A program made the translations under genes and the position numbers. A DNA stretch of 64,000 nt from Botryllus schlosseri (Eukaryota): contig CM119372.1 of the NCBI GenBank assembly GCA_051294905.1, positions 3,908,001 to 3,972,000 of the forward strand. Direction: 5' to 3'. This document shows, piece after piece, positions 1-12,763 of this stretch. The notes below the pieces were generated by a model. That model worked only from the letters and a program-made list of their open reading frames with translations, was not told the DNA's origin and ran no database searches. Positions within the stretch are counted from its first letter, which is position 1; each line of letters opens with the position of its first letter.

Positions 1-17
1 CTCGAATGGGTGCATAG

Positions 18-351
18 TAGGGATGGTGTGAACGTGAGGTTCGCGTTCTGCGTGTGAACCTCAGAAAGTTAGAGGTTCACATTCACAAACGAACCTTGGA
101 AGGTTCTGCACCATGAACCTTTTTCATATATCACAATTTCACTTCAAAATAACATCATTGATTGAAATTTATTACATTTAACTGTGGGCCACTCTATGCG
201 TGGCACTGTTAGCATAAAAAAATCAACGCTAAACAAAAAGTTTACTTGATCTGTTACAAAATTTTGCTAGAAATATCCAGCTTTCCATTTGTGACTCTCT
301 GACTGTGAGCTTGACGGAACCTGAACCTTTTAGAGGTTCACACCATCCCTA
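18..351. mobile_element. Non-autonomous hAT-type MITE
   Basis: TIR TAGGGATGGTGTGAAC...GTTCACACCATCCCTA; perfect 8-bp TSD GTGCATAG at 10-17 and 352-359. Confidence 0.85.
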
Positions 352-549
352 GTGCATAGTGTATTTTATTTAATATCTGGTGAAACAAGACTCAATCTTC
401 GCATAGCGAATGGACAAAATCTAGAATGCAAGTAGTTTGGATGAGTCATAAACTAAGCATTAGAACAGGGAATCGTAACTACATAGTAACCAAGCAACAA
501 TATTAGTACTACTCTACTCCGTACTGACTATTTCTGCAAATTACCGATA

Positions 550-3500
550 GGGCAATTCCCTGCACAGGCAACCGATGTTCCCACCACTACCTCTTCAAAT
601 CTTCTGAAATTTGGTACACGCACAGATGAGCTAATTCCAAACAGGATGAACTTTATTTCATGAAAATTGGACTTTGGGGTCAAAAGTTACGTCACTTTGA
701 AAATTGACAATTTTCTGCTCATTTCGGGTCTGCACTTTCAGGTTTTATCGATGCAATATTCAAGAAGGTGTAGCTAGATGATAGACGACAGTTGAGATAC
801 GGCACTTGGATTTATTTGAAGCTTGTCTGATCGTCTATATTTTCAAGTGAAATTTAATGCCCTGTAGGTTAGGGTCAAAGGTTAAATTGAGGGGGAATTT
901 GGTCAATGGTCTAAAATCAGTCAGGCGTTACACGATTTAGACTGCGGATTGCTCAAAAACATATTAAAATATTTTGGAAAATAGGATCTTAAATGAAAGT
1001 TTGCTTCAAGAAGACTTCGTTCATAGCTGTTTGATTTTGGTTTTTAGACCGTAAAGTGATGAAATTGCAGTTTCTAGAGCACACTTCATTTGCACATGGA
1101 AATGCAATAGTAGTAGGGTGTGTTCGGACATCTATTCTGGGGTGCGTGTGGACATCATGTCTGGGGTGTGTTCCGACATCATGTCTTGGGTCTATTAGGA
1201 CTGTGTTGCCATTCGAACATCGTGTCTGGGGTGAGTTCGGGCTGTTTTGTCCCTCGGACATCGTGTATGAGGGGGGTGTTCAGACACCATGCCTGGCGTG
1301 TGTTAGGACTGTGATGTCACTCTGACATAGTATCTGGGATATGTTTGTGTTGCGCCAGACATGACTCAGACCTGATATCTGCGCACTAATTTTATCCGGA
1401 CATGCTCTGGAGCTGATACCTGCCCACTAAATACCCCCAGGCATAGTCTGAACCGGATATATGCGCGCTTAATGGACGCAGATATGCGACAGACGTGATA
1501 CCCGCGTCCTAAACGACGCGTTTTTGCTGATATCTGCGATAGCTGGGTATATCCACAGTAGTGGTAGCTGAGTATATTCACAGTCACAGTAGAAATAGCT
1601 GAGTACATCCAAAGCTATCACTACTGTGGTTATACTCAGCTATCACTGCTGTAGATATACCCAGCTATCGCAGATATCAGCAAAAAACGCAAATATAAAG
1701 GTCATATATAGGCCAAATGTCGTTTAGGACGTGGGTATCACGTCTGACGCATGTATGTGTCCATTAAGCCCGCAGATATCAGGTCCGGACTATGCCTGGG
1801 GGGTATTTGGTGCGCAGGTATCAGCTACGACACATGTCCAGATTAAACTAGTGGGCAGATATCAGGTCTGAGGCATGTTTGGCGTATCACAAACATATCC
1901 CAGACACGATGTCCGAGTAGAAAACACAGTCCGGACACCTTCCAGACACGATGTCCGAATAACAACACAGTCCGAGCTCACCCCAGATATTATGGCTCGG
2001 GTGTGTTCTGACTGTTTTGCAACGCGGACATCGTATCGGGGGTGAGCTCGGACTGTGTTGTCATTCGGACATCGTGTCTGGAAGGTGTTCGGACATCATG
2101 CCTGGGGTGTGTCCGGACTGTGTTTGCTACTCGGACATCGTGTCTGGGATATGTTTGTGATACGCCAAACATGCCTAAGACCTGATACCTGCCCACTATT
2201 TTAATCTGGACATGTGTCGTAGCTGATACCTGCGCACCAAATACCCCCAGGCATAGTCCGGACCTGATATCTGCGGGCTTAATGGACACATATATGCGTC
2301 AGACGTGATACCCACGTCCTAAACGACATTTGGTCTATATATGACCTCTATATTTGCGGTTTTTGCTGATATCTGCGATAGCTGGGTATATCTACAGCAG
2401 TGATAGCTGAGTATAACCACAGTAGTGATAGCTTTGGATGTACTCAGCTATCTCTACTGTGAATGTGGATATACTCAGCCACCACTACTGTGGATATACC
2501 CAGCTATCGCAGATATCAGCAAAAACGCGTCGTTTAGGACACGGGTATCACGTCTGACGCATATCTGTGTCCATTAAGCGCGCATATATCCGGTTCGGAC
2601 CATGCCTGGGGGTATTTAGTGGGCAGGTATCAGCTCCGGAGCATGTCCGGATAAAATTAGTGCGCAGATATCGGGTCTGAGTCATGTCTGGCGCAACACA
2701 AACATATCCCAGATACTATGTCAGAGTGACAACACAGTCCTAACACATGCCAGACATGGTGTCTGAACAGTCTAGGGCTGTTCAAAAATAACTTTTTTTC
2801 CTTAATCTTGCGGGCTACGTGATTAAATCGTTAGGTTGCCTTAAAAAACGACGCACACCAAATTTGGATTCATTCCAAGCAATATTCGCGGTTTACGTAG
2901 AGTTTGAAAATTTTGAATTTGCCCAGAAACGCAAAAAAAAAATTTTTGCAAATTTTTCTGCCAACCCCATGAAATTGTTGGGCTGTCTTCAAAAACTATG
3001 CAAAACAAATTTGACTCAATTCCAAGCCGTAGAAGTGGAGTTATATCAGTTTTTCTTTGATAATTCTGGGATTATCCTTGATCGGTGGATAATCCAAGAA
3101 TTTTCATCGAAAAACTGGAATAACTCCGCTTCTACGGCTTGGAATTGAGTCAAATTTGTTTTGCATAGTTTTTGAAGACAGCCCAACAATTTCATGGGGT
3201 TGGCAGAGAAATTTGAAAAAAAAATTTATTGCGTTTCTGGGCAAATTCAAAATTTTCAAACTCTACGTAAACCGCGAATATTGGTTGGAATGAATTCAAA
3301 TTTGGTGTGCGTCGTTTTTTAATGCAACCTAACGATTTAATCACGTAGCCCGCAAGATTAAGGAAAAAAGGTTATTTTTGAACAGCCCTTCTGAACACCC
3401 CCCCCCTCATACACGATGTCCGAGGGACAAAACAGTCCCAACTCGCCCCAGACACGATGTTCGAATGGCAACACAGTCCTAACAGACCCAAGACGTGATG

Positions 3501-4074
3501 TCGGAACACACCCCAGACATGATGTCCACACGCACCCCAGAATAGATGTCCGAAAACACCCTACTACTACAGCATTTCCATGTGAAAATGAAGTGTGCTC
3601 TTGAAACTGCAATTTCATCACTTTACGGTCTAAAAACCAAAATCAAACAGCTATGAACGAAGTCTCCTTGAAGCAAACTTTCATTTAAGATCCTATTCCA
3701 AAATATTTCAATATGTTTTTGAGCAATCCGCAGTCTAAATCGTGTAACGCCTGACTGATTTTAGACCATTGACCAAATTCCCCCTCAATTTAACCTTTGA
3801 CCCTAACCTACAGGGCATTAAATTTCACTTGAAAATATAGACGATCAGACAAGCTTCAAATAAATCCAAGTGCCGATAAAACCTGAAAGTGCAGACCTGA
3901 AATGAGCAGAAAATTGTCAATTTTCAAAGTGACGTAACTTTTGACCCCAAAGTCCAATTTTCATGAAATAAAGTTCATCCTGTTTGGAATTAGCTCATCT
4001 GTTCGTGTACCAAATTTCAAGAGATTTGAAGAGGTAGTGGTGGGAACATCGGTTGTCTGTGCAGGGAATTGCCC
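550..4074. mobile_element. 3.5-kb non-coding foldback DNA element (possibly Sola2-like)
   Basis: Termini GGGCAATTCCCTGCACAG...CTGTGCAGGGAATTGCCC, flanked by GATA at 546-549 and 4075-4078 (or CGATAG if the ends are 551/4073). 550-~1985 is the reverse complement of ~2030-2769 plus 3390-4074. No transposase ORF. Superfamily is inferred from GGG termini and a 4-bp TSD. Confidence 0.85.
2774..3389. mobile_element. Palindromic MITE nested in the right arm of the foldback element
   Basis: AGGGCTGTTCAAAAATAAC...GTTATTTTTGAACAGCCCT; self-complementary about ~3082 (GGATTATCC-ttgatcggt-GGATAATCC). TCTGAACA is repeated at 2762-2769 and 3390-3397. Related copies at ~16560-16860, ~38685-39000, ~48850-49300 and ~58163-58463. 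Confidence 0.85.
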
Positions 4075-5014
4075 GATAGCAAATACTCCAGTTGACTAGT
4101 TCCACGTGCTATGTTAGTCTCAGTTTCGATTCTGGACAATGTTTGCCTCAAGCCACTGGACATTAGACAACTGTAGTTGCTGTATTATGCTTCTTAACCA
4201 GACAGATTAGTGTCGTACGAAAAACTGCGACACAAGTTCAGGCGATGATGTTCTATACCTGTGCTCTTCAACCTTCTTTGATTTGACTCCTGCAACATGG
4301 ACTGACATCGACTCGTGTACATAATTGAAGAGGTTGAGAGCTCACTGGTGTTGACGTATCGATGATCAATACTCGATTCGAAATGCATACCAAAGTTACC
4401 GGCATACTTACGGATCACAATACTACTTATCATAACAATTTCAAAGGCTTGCTAATGTGTGAAACCCTGGTTAGTGTGACAGGTTTGTGATGTACCCCTT
4501 TTGAAGAGCGCTGTACTAAACGCGAGCCATCAACCCGTGTATTTGTCGTTTAAGGTTCATCAAATTTATGGATGGAGAGCAACACGTCACTGACGCAGAA
4601 ATGACGCTACACGATGTGGAGTTATCTGATTCTGATGATAGTGACAATGCATCTGCCCTCATTACAGATGATGATGATAATAACGTATCAGTTGATACTA
4701 GTAACAGTAAATGTGAAGTTGACACTGTGCCAGACCCACTGATATCGGAGGATGACAGCTCGTGACGGCTTGCCATCGAATGATTTTGACTGCCTTTGAT
4801 ATTTTTTAGGAAATTCCGCCACTGTAACTGCAATCCGAGCATTTTTTCATTCATTCTGTTCATTTGGTGTTGAAATAAATTGAACAAGAATTCACTGCGT
4901 GTGTTGACCTTTTATGGTGGCAGGTAGAGTTTTATGTTCAGAAAAAAAAAGTGCAGTGATGAACGCAACTATTTTGCGTCTGCTAGGAAGGATAGTCAAC
5001 AAAGGCCAGTGGTA

Positions 5015-5647
5015 ATCATCATCATCATTGGTTTATTAGCAATTTTATCAGTTCAATACACCACAAAAAATGCGATACAGTGAAAAGAAAGGAAGATGTC
5101 GCTGCGACTAGGAGTTGTCTATGGAATCAGACACCCACCTTGGCCTAGGCGATGTAAAAATAAGGCATGCACACTGAATGAAAGTAGAAATGATAGTATA
5201 GAAAAAGAAAGCGACAATAAACAGGGCGGCATGTCATGGAAATCGAGATCGATAGGTCAGTCGTGGTCCGGTAATCTTGAGGATGGTCTGTATTTATTTA
5301 GTAGTAATTGCTTGTATTTCGACTTGAATGTGGACATGCTCGTCGACTGCCGGATGGCCGGCGGGATACTGTTCCACACATCAGGTCCGGCATATTTGAT
5401 AGAGCGATGATCTTTTCGGTCGATCATATGATATTCGGACGACGTGGACGCGCGTGTGTTGTGCTTGTGCGCTTTTGATTCAGATGTAAAGAAGTCATTG
5501 AAATATTCGGGGCAACGACCGCAGTGGAACTGATACATAAACTTGGCGATTTCAAGTCTCCGCATATCTTCTATGTTTAGCACGCCGAATCTCTTCAGCA
5601 GCGACTTATTGGATGGGCAGCCAGGCCCCTTTGGGGCCCTAGCTATC
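5015..5647 (-). mobile_element. 5'-truncated CR1/L2-group LINE 3' end
   Basis: ORF2 C-terminal-like peptide (IAKFMYQF...SIKYAGPDVWNSIPPAIRQSTSMSTFKSKYKQLLL), then a 3' UTR, AATAAA and an (ATG)n tail. Similar to 57400-58030. Confidence 0.8.
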
Positions 5648-6240
5648 GGAAAACAGTAACCCGCTATGGTCGTGTTTTGTGATCATAATGATAACTTATG
5701 TCCAATCTCCACTCACAAAGAATGGAAAGAGTCGCGGAATAGAGACAAACATCGAATAATGAAATAGGTCGAGGTGGATGCCAGTTGCAGAGACCTCAAC
5801 TGGTCGTTCGGTATCCTAACAGTTCATTACATTGCATGAATCTTGTCCAGATAAAATATAATCGGACGATTATCCTATCCCCTGCCGACGCGTGTTTTTG
5901 TATGCATTTCCTTGATCAGTTTTTCTCAATCTAAGAGTGAACAATCGAATCTATCTTGTGGTATTTTCATATGATGAGGATGATAACATTATCCATCAGT
6001 GAACAATTCAAATCGATACCTCCAGGTCACAAAATAATCAAAATAGTCGCATAACCTAATCCCTTTATCATTGATTGTCGCGCAACTACCAAGCACCAAT
6101 ATGGCGGCTAATAGATCTCGGAAATACTGCGAGTAGCGCACTCCGGTAGCTCAGTCGTTGGTTCAGGTTCCGGACATCACGCTTCACGCTCTGATACAGT
6201 CGTTCTATGTGCATCACAAAATCAAGCGCCTTTGTTTAGT

Positions 6241-6282
6241 TATAGATAACTAAGGTAAACCGGTTTACCTTAGTTATCTATA
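6241..6282. repeat. Perfect 42-bp palindrome with 7-bp flanking direct repeats
   Basis: TATAGATAACTAAGGTAAACC|GGTTTACCTTAGTTATCTATA; GTTTAGT at 6234-6240 and 6283-6289. Confidence 0.9.
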
Positions 6283-7192
6283 GTTTAGTTTGCTTATAGA
6301 ATGTTCTATAGTTTGCTACAGTTTGCTACTAAACTTCGATTTATCGCTTGAATTTTTTGTAGCCGGTTTGTATCCCGCTGTCCCAGCTATACCGTGTTGG
6401 CCTGTTTTGAAGCGATAATTTCGAAAGCATGGGCCCCGTAAAGTTTAAATTGTGGTCGTGTCAATGTTTATTACCTATAAAATTGCCAGAATCGTAAAGG
6501 GGTTGTTTAATTCTCTGCTGTACGTTCAGCTGTGTAATTATTCATTTGCCGGTTCAATGCAATGCACGTTTTAATATTGTTAACTAGTTTCAACACGAGG
6601 ATTTACATGTCGTTCAGCTTGATAATTTTGTTCAAGGAGTCCGTCTATTAGGTCACTAGAATGTCGTAATTAAATATGCATTTCCGATGATTCGGAAGTA
6701 TGATTATAATATTTTAATTCCGTGAATGAGAGCCCTAATTTGTAGATTTAGTGCGTAAACTAGGCATTCTCCTGTTGTCACCGCTCGTGCATTGTTGCAA
6801 TTTCATATCATGTAGCCGCCACACGTGACGCAAGGTGCATTCAGCACAATACGTGGACTAAAGGTGCCAATTTTTTAATATGGTTGTTTCAAGCATATTG
6901 AATAGACCATTGGTCTTTGATGTTGCGGTAGAAGTCTGTTTTGTATCAGGTGAATTCGCCTTCCAATATTGTTATCAATTTGGTTTTGATGATAGGCCCA
7001 TAAGGTACCAGTATACGAATACTTATGGACGTTCTATATTGTATATATTATGTTATATTTATCAAACTTCGTGAAAATAGGGTAGTCTATTTGCTCTACC
7101 AATTTTGAATGCACCTCATGCTGCTACGATAAAGACAATTTATGACTGAATTGTTCACAAATTTGAACACTTTATTACAGCTTTTGGATAGA

Positions 7193-9733
7193 ATGTCAGA
7201 TAACGTTGCCTCAAGAAACTCGCTCATCTGCAGAGGAATTTACTCGTTCATCGGAATACTCATTGGTCTCTCTGTTTTCATTTCCTGGTTATTTTTCATA
7301 GAACCGAAAACAGATGCAAGCATTCACATCAGTTTGTCGGGGTGCCTTTCAGGTTTGTTTCATTCCATCTAGCCTGGTGCAGTCTCGTAACGTAACGTAT
7401 TCTTTGACATAGGTGTATTAGCTGCATGGAACTTTGTCACACACCTCATGCACCTAAAAGACTACTGGAGGACATGGCTCAGAGGATTGAAGTTGTTCAT
7501 GTTGATCGGAGCGTTTTTCATGATTGTGACTGCTGCTGGTTTCATCGCTTATCTGGTGCTCGGAATTACAAAAAGTGAAAGTGAGTTATATGAAACCTGT
7601 GATACTTCTGTACTTGATACTATGGCTGGACACGTTGGTTCGAGTACTCGAATATGAATCTAGTATTAATTCTAATGATGATTTCGAGTCAAGCACTAAA
7701 ATTATATGCCCCTTACCACGAAGAGGTAATTGATCAAATATGAATGGTACAATTGAATAGTATATTCATATTGAAATTAACCCGAATATTTTCGGCTGAC
7801 ACTCGTCAGGGGTAATCAAATATGAATTATGATCTCGATACTGCCATTGCGGATGAGTGTTAACTTGTGAACCTTAATTGGTCGTATCGTAGCATACGAA
7901 ATAGGTAGGGGTAGCCCTAGTACAAAGCTTTGCACACTAGTGTAAATGACATATATATGTGAAGTTGTGATCAACCCACGGCACAGTGGCCAAGAGCGAT
8001 GGAATAGGTGTGGTCATAAACTACGGATTAATCTTTAATGTAATGTAGAACTGGCATTATATTCTGCTTTTGGTTTTGAAGTTCGGGGGGCAAGTTTTGT
8101 GTTTTTCTGGGTTTATGGAGCAATGATTAGACGAATCCAAATTCTTCATGGTCATGAATAAATACCGTATTTTTTGAATTATCTGTCCATAGTTTCCGCA
8201 GTGTCACATAGTTTTTTGTATGTCTTTACACTCCAGGCCAGTGGTTTCCAACCTGCGGTACGGGCACCACTAGTGGTACGCAAAGGTCTTCCAGGTGGTA
8301 TTGACTGGTGGTGAAGAAACAATTCCATGCATCCCATTAACCAGGGTTGTGACGACTCGAGTCACGATTTTCTGTCATTTTCTTAAAATACTGAAATGGC
8401 ATGACTAGAGTCAATCTGTGTATTAACTCGATTTGGACTGAGTCATAGCGTAATGACTCTAACCAAGTAATATGAATCGAGACTCAGACGGCCAAGACCG
8501 ACATTTCATACTGAAGGAACCACACTAGTGGGATATATTCTATTGGTACTGGTATTTGAAAATGCGACCAGACCGTCTCACAAGACTTTACCTGGAAACT
8601 GAGCAGTCAACACAATGACTTGGACTCTGACTCAATACCATGACTCAGTGGTGAATTGTAAATGACTCGACTTGACTCAAGTCAAAACTATGAAAGTGAG
8701 ATTGACTTGTGACCCGGGGCGTTGTGACTTGGTTGCAACCCTGCTAATCTGCCATCAACCTTGGCTGAAAATGCCTAGTTTAATAGAATTTGTTATTACA
8801 CCTCGCATAGGCCTAGGTCAAATACGTGATTATGATGACATAAATGATGAGAACTTTTTTGAACCGCCGTCGGCGCGCGTAACTTATGTAGGTGGTACGC
8901 GAGCACTGCATAAGACCTCGAAACGGTATGTAGGTGGAAAAAGGTTGGGAACCACTGCTCTAGGCCTATTGTTTGTGAAACCTTGAGGCTTATTTGGTTG
9001 TGTTGGCGAGAGCTGTGTCTAAAAATGAAACAAAATAGTAGACGTCTGGCTTACTTCATGATTTTTACCTAATCCCCCCAAAAGAAGTAAAGTAAAAATT
9101 TAGGTCATTTTTCATTTATGAAGGCTAATGTCCCCCAGATTCATCTCTTATCTCAATTTCCACTCACGTCTTGCCCAAGTGGGACTCGTGAAAACATATG
9201 GTGATAAGGTTATCCCACTGGCGCCGTCAGAAAACATAACGCTAGTTACCGTGTTTGAATTTTCAACATCATTCATCCTGTTGTGACAAAATGAATGATA
9301 CTTGATGCCTAACATTAGATTCCGAATCAAATCACTCAGGTACTCGATTTTGCCCAGCCCGAGTTGAACAATCAAAAATCATCACATCTACATAGATCCA
9401 TACACGAAGAAAATTGCTTTTGCATCAAGTCCAGATGTTAGGTCTTACCATTCATTATAATCTTAAAATAATTTCACTGGGATTGTGTCGGATCAGCCCA
9501 AGCCTTAGAAATCTTTTGTCTGTTTAGTGTTTGAGTTGGTAGTGTTTGAGTTGGGTTTCACCAAATTGTATGTTAATAGGCTCAATTGTATTTTTCCAGA
9601 ACTGACCGTTGCCAGCTTCTACATCGCATCGGTTTGGTGTTTTGTCTCATTCAAGTGGGCTGCAATGCTGCTGTGGCATTCGAGATCGTACCGCAACGAG
9701 TTTGCTGACTTGACTGTATTGCTGGATTTCTAG
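7193..9733 (+). CDS. SLC48A1: Heme transporter HRG1 (3 coding exons)
   Basis: Exons 7193-7352, 7413-7580, 9600-9733; GT-AG and phases agree. Peptides VLAAWNFVTHLMHLKDYWRTWLRGLK and SFYIASVWCFVSFKWA...YRNEFADLTVLLDF match HRG1 motifs (DYWRTWLKGL, VWSFISFKWA, YRADFADISILSDF). Confidence 0.95.
8239..8957. mobile_element. Buster/Charlie-type hAT MITE in SLC48A1 intron 2, carrying a nested GACTCGAGTC-repeat element (~8342-8743)
   Basis: CAGTGGTTTCCAACC...GGTTGGGAACCACTG; TSD CTCCAGGC/CTCTAGGC. The inner CAGGGTTG...CAACCCTG element resembles 36511-37200. Confidence 0.8.
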
Positions 9734-10367
9734 TGATCGCATAATTTTGCACAACATATTTTCGGTCACTGTGTTGCCACCTATAAGCATAAGCACATCC
9801 TGCATCTGAGATGAATGGTCGTTAACAGTGCACATATCCCGTTATCAACTAATATCGTGAATGCTAACCTTTGCAAGTATCATGCAAAAAAATCATCATG
9901 CTCTCATGTTGCAATTCTCCTTCAATACTTTCAGCGCAAAATGTTACTATTGAATTGTTAATAAAAACAAAACTCGTTGTATTCTACTGTTGAGCTAATT
10001 CACGTGATATGGGAGCACTGAGCAGTATTTGTATTGCGTCACAAAATCGTACAATTATATAATTTTTAACAGTCATATTTAAATCTACCTATTGTAGGAA
10101 GAGGTATTCCATGTCGTTGGCAGTTAATGACACGCAATCAGATTCATCAGAGCACGATTACACAAATCAGACCTATTGTAGTATAATTGTCATCACTCAA
10201 CAGTAGTAGGCATGTCATTGGCTGTTACTGTATCGGTACCCTATTTCTTGGAAAGAATTGCTTTTTCGAAATCGCAGTTCTTGCAAAATGAGCTCTCTTC
10301 ATGGTCCCTTGGGTTTTCTCCAGTGACACAATCCCTTCGTAATTTAAGGTGAATGTGTTTGCCGTGA

Positions 10368-11928
10368 TCAAACTTGCAGGATATGCGATCGGTAATTTAA
10401 ATTGCTAAACACATCAAGCTTATTACTTGTACCCGCAGCAATCATTGCAGCACTGGTAACATTTTGCTTCTCACAAGAAGCAAGAGAGAATACCACTCCA
10501 ATCGAGCAAGGAATCGATGCTTTTGCCTCCCCATTTGTGTGCCAGTGATAGATCTTTTTCCCGCTACCGCCTGACAATACCAGTTCGTCTTTGAATTCAA
10601 CTGCGTACGGAATGAAGTCGCCCTTGCCTAATTGTGCGATGTGGGTCTGAGATCGCAGATGCCACAGCGAGAGCTGGGGGCCGCCTCCACACGCCATCCA
10701 TTGACCGTTTTCGCTAAGCGAAACGCAACTAAGCCACTTTCCATATTGACTGCGACGGAGTTGCTTCTCTAGATGTGGCTCGAATGTGCTTATTGCTTGC
10801 GCTGTCCGCGTATCCCAGGTCTACATAAAGTATATGTTGTGAATCAAGTACATTAAAAAAACATTGGGCTGCAATGTAGTATAGTCAACTAACTGTTTTT
10901 TGTTCATTAGATCTAGCTGCACAATTTAAAAATATATTGCATGTTGTTTGGCGTGAATCATGATAGCAATGCCCTGTTGCATGATATTCTTGCAGCGATT
11001 TCCAGCTCATAATCATCACTATCAACACCGCGTAGTCAGCGGGTGGATTTTGTGGGTCAAAACCCCGTCATCTTGAAATACCGATTCTCTCCAAAATTTC
11101 TCAACTTCTTAGCAATTCAGTATTCGTATTATCCATTATTAGTTATTTACAGGTTGTTGCGCATTTTGAAAATCCAGTAGTTTCTACAAGTCTAATTATG
11201 CATGGATAACTGTATAAGATTGTAGTCATTCTTAGGTCTTGCTTTTGAGAAATGGTTTGGTTACCCAAGTTTACAACACTATCCACTTGGTTTATCATTC
11301 ATCTCTTCATCTAAATCCTCAAAAGTTGCTGTTAGGCTTATAATCCATCTCTCATCACGATGAAAAAGATTCAAGTCCAGAAATATAGTTCGCTCACCTT
11401 GACAGTGCCATCTTCAGAACATGACGCTATTCCATGCGTTGACGGGATGCTAGCTAGACCATGAACATAATCGGAGTGCCCCGATAATTTTTGCTCACAT
11501 ATTCCCGTTTCCATATTCCAAACACATATAAGATTATCATCTCGGCCAGCATATAACTTTTTATCACAGCATGTCAATGCATTGACCTCATTTGTCAAGA
11601 ACGATGATTCAGCGGCAGCGCATGGAACATTCAAACTTGAAATCTTAGCAGGCTTGTGATCTAGTATGTCATTCCATCTCCAAATTTCGACCGGGCCCGT
11701 ACCACCACTTATCAGTAAATTCTCTTTTGTGACTAGAGAATGAACGCGGCCGGAATGTGCTTTGAACACAAAAATAGATTTCCGCCATTTCTCTGAATTT
11801 TTTCGAAGAGCATTGTCGATATCGAATAAAACAATATATCCAAAACTGTTGGCTGCAGCAAGGTATTTTCCACACGGTGAGAAAGCGCTGGAGTAAAATG
11901 TGCAGCTGAGTTGATGTCTTAGATCCAT
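10368..11928 (-). CDS. THOC6: THO complex subunit 6, WD40 repeat (2 coding exons, 327 aa)
   Basis: Exons 11928-11398 and 10820-10368, phase 0 (SEDGTVK|TWDTR). Motifs AFSPCGKYLAAANSFGYI, LSGHSDYVH and WMACGGGPQLSLWHLRS are characteristic of THOC6. Confidence 0.93.
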
Positions 11929-12763
11929 ATTGCTAACTATTCACTGTTAATATAATGGGGTAGTTGAATGTCGGTCACATCATATAGCGTAGTAGGCTTA
12001 CGGCACCTATTACAATTTATATCATTGTTGCTAACCTCGTACCGGTATCGCTGCAACTTGTATTTTATTTTATCAATGTATTATTTAGTCAAGGTTCGTA
12101 TTGCTCGAGATTCTACTCAAATAACATTACACTTGAGAATCACCACACTTGTAACTTGATGAATGAGCTGCGCGAAGCTATAGAATGTTAATAGCGACCT
12201 GTCGCTTTTGCGGCAAGCGCGGCTTCTGTTTGGATGCTCGGCCACCGCGTGGCGGCGAATGACATTCTCTTCTGCACTTTTTATGGTGTCTTCTGTCAAT
12301 TTTTCAGTTCAGTTGATTATTAAGAAATTCATCAGATCAATACACCACAAGATCGCAATATTATTGAAAACTAGGAAGTTGTCAAAACGATATAATGTAT
12401 CGCGCACTCTAGGCCGTGGTGGATGTTAGAGTAAAGGATCGCTGCTGATGCGTGTCGTTCGACATCCTCCTATCTGTTCATGACATCACATTGTGTCTTA
12501 TCGCATTGTACATTGTGTGTGAATTCTTCAGATGAAAAATATAACCCAACGATGTTCATGCTCTGTTGTCTCATTGTTGCCGTTGAAGTCGTAGCTACCG
12601 AGCTACCTGAATTCCATCTGTTTATCCACCCGTTTAATCATACCGCATTGTAAACATAAAAACGACGAGTGACGTTTAATAATCTCATTTTTCACAGAAG
12701 TTGTGGTTCTTGCTCATTTTGAGAGACGGCTTGACGATAGTAGATAACATTAAAAGTATAATG

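Noticed and set aside
1100..2770. Regularly spaced ~22-bp repeats suggestive of a CRISPR array
   Set aside because: Eukaryotic context, degenerate and inverted units, no unique spacers and no cas genes.
989..3621. Cluster of short ORFs, some duplicated on opposite strands (e.g. MSEGQNSPNSPQTR...)
   Set aside because: They arise from the palindromic repeat structure; no protein motifs.
4555..4765. Acidic ORF after a possible acceptor, with AATAAA near 4874 (terminal exon of an upstream gene?)
   Set aside because: No in-phase open upstream exon could be joined and no family was recognised; left uncalled.
6140..6180. GGTAGCTCAGTCGTTGG, tRNA A-box-like
   Set aside because: No cloverleaf and no correctly spaced B-box.
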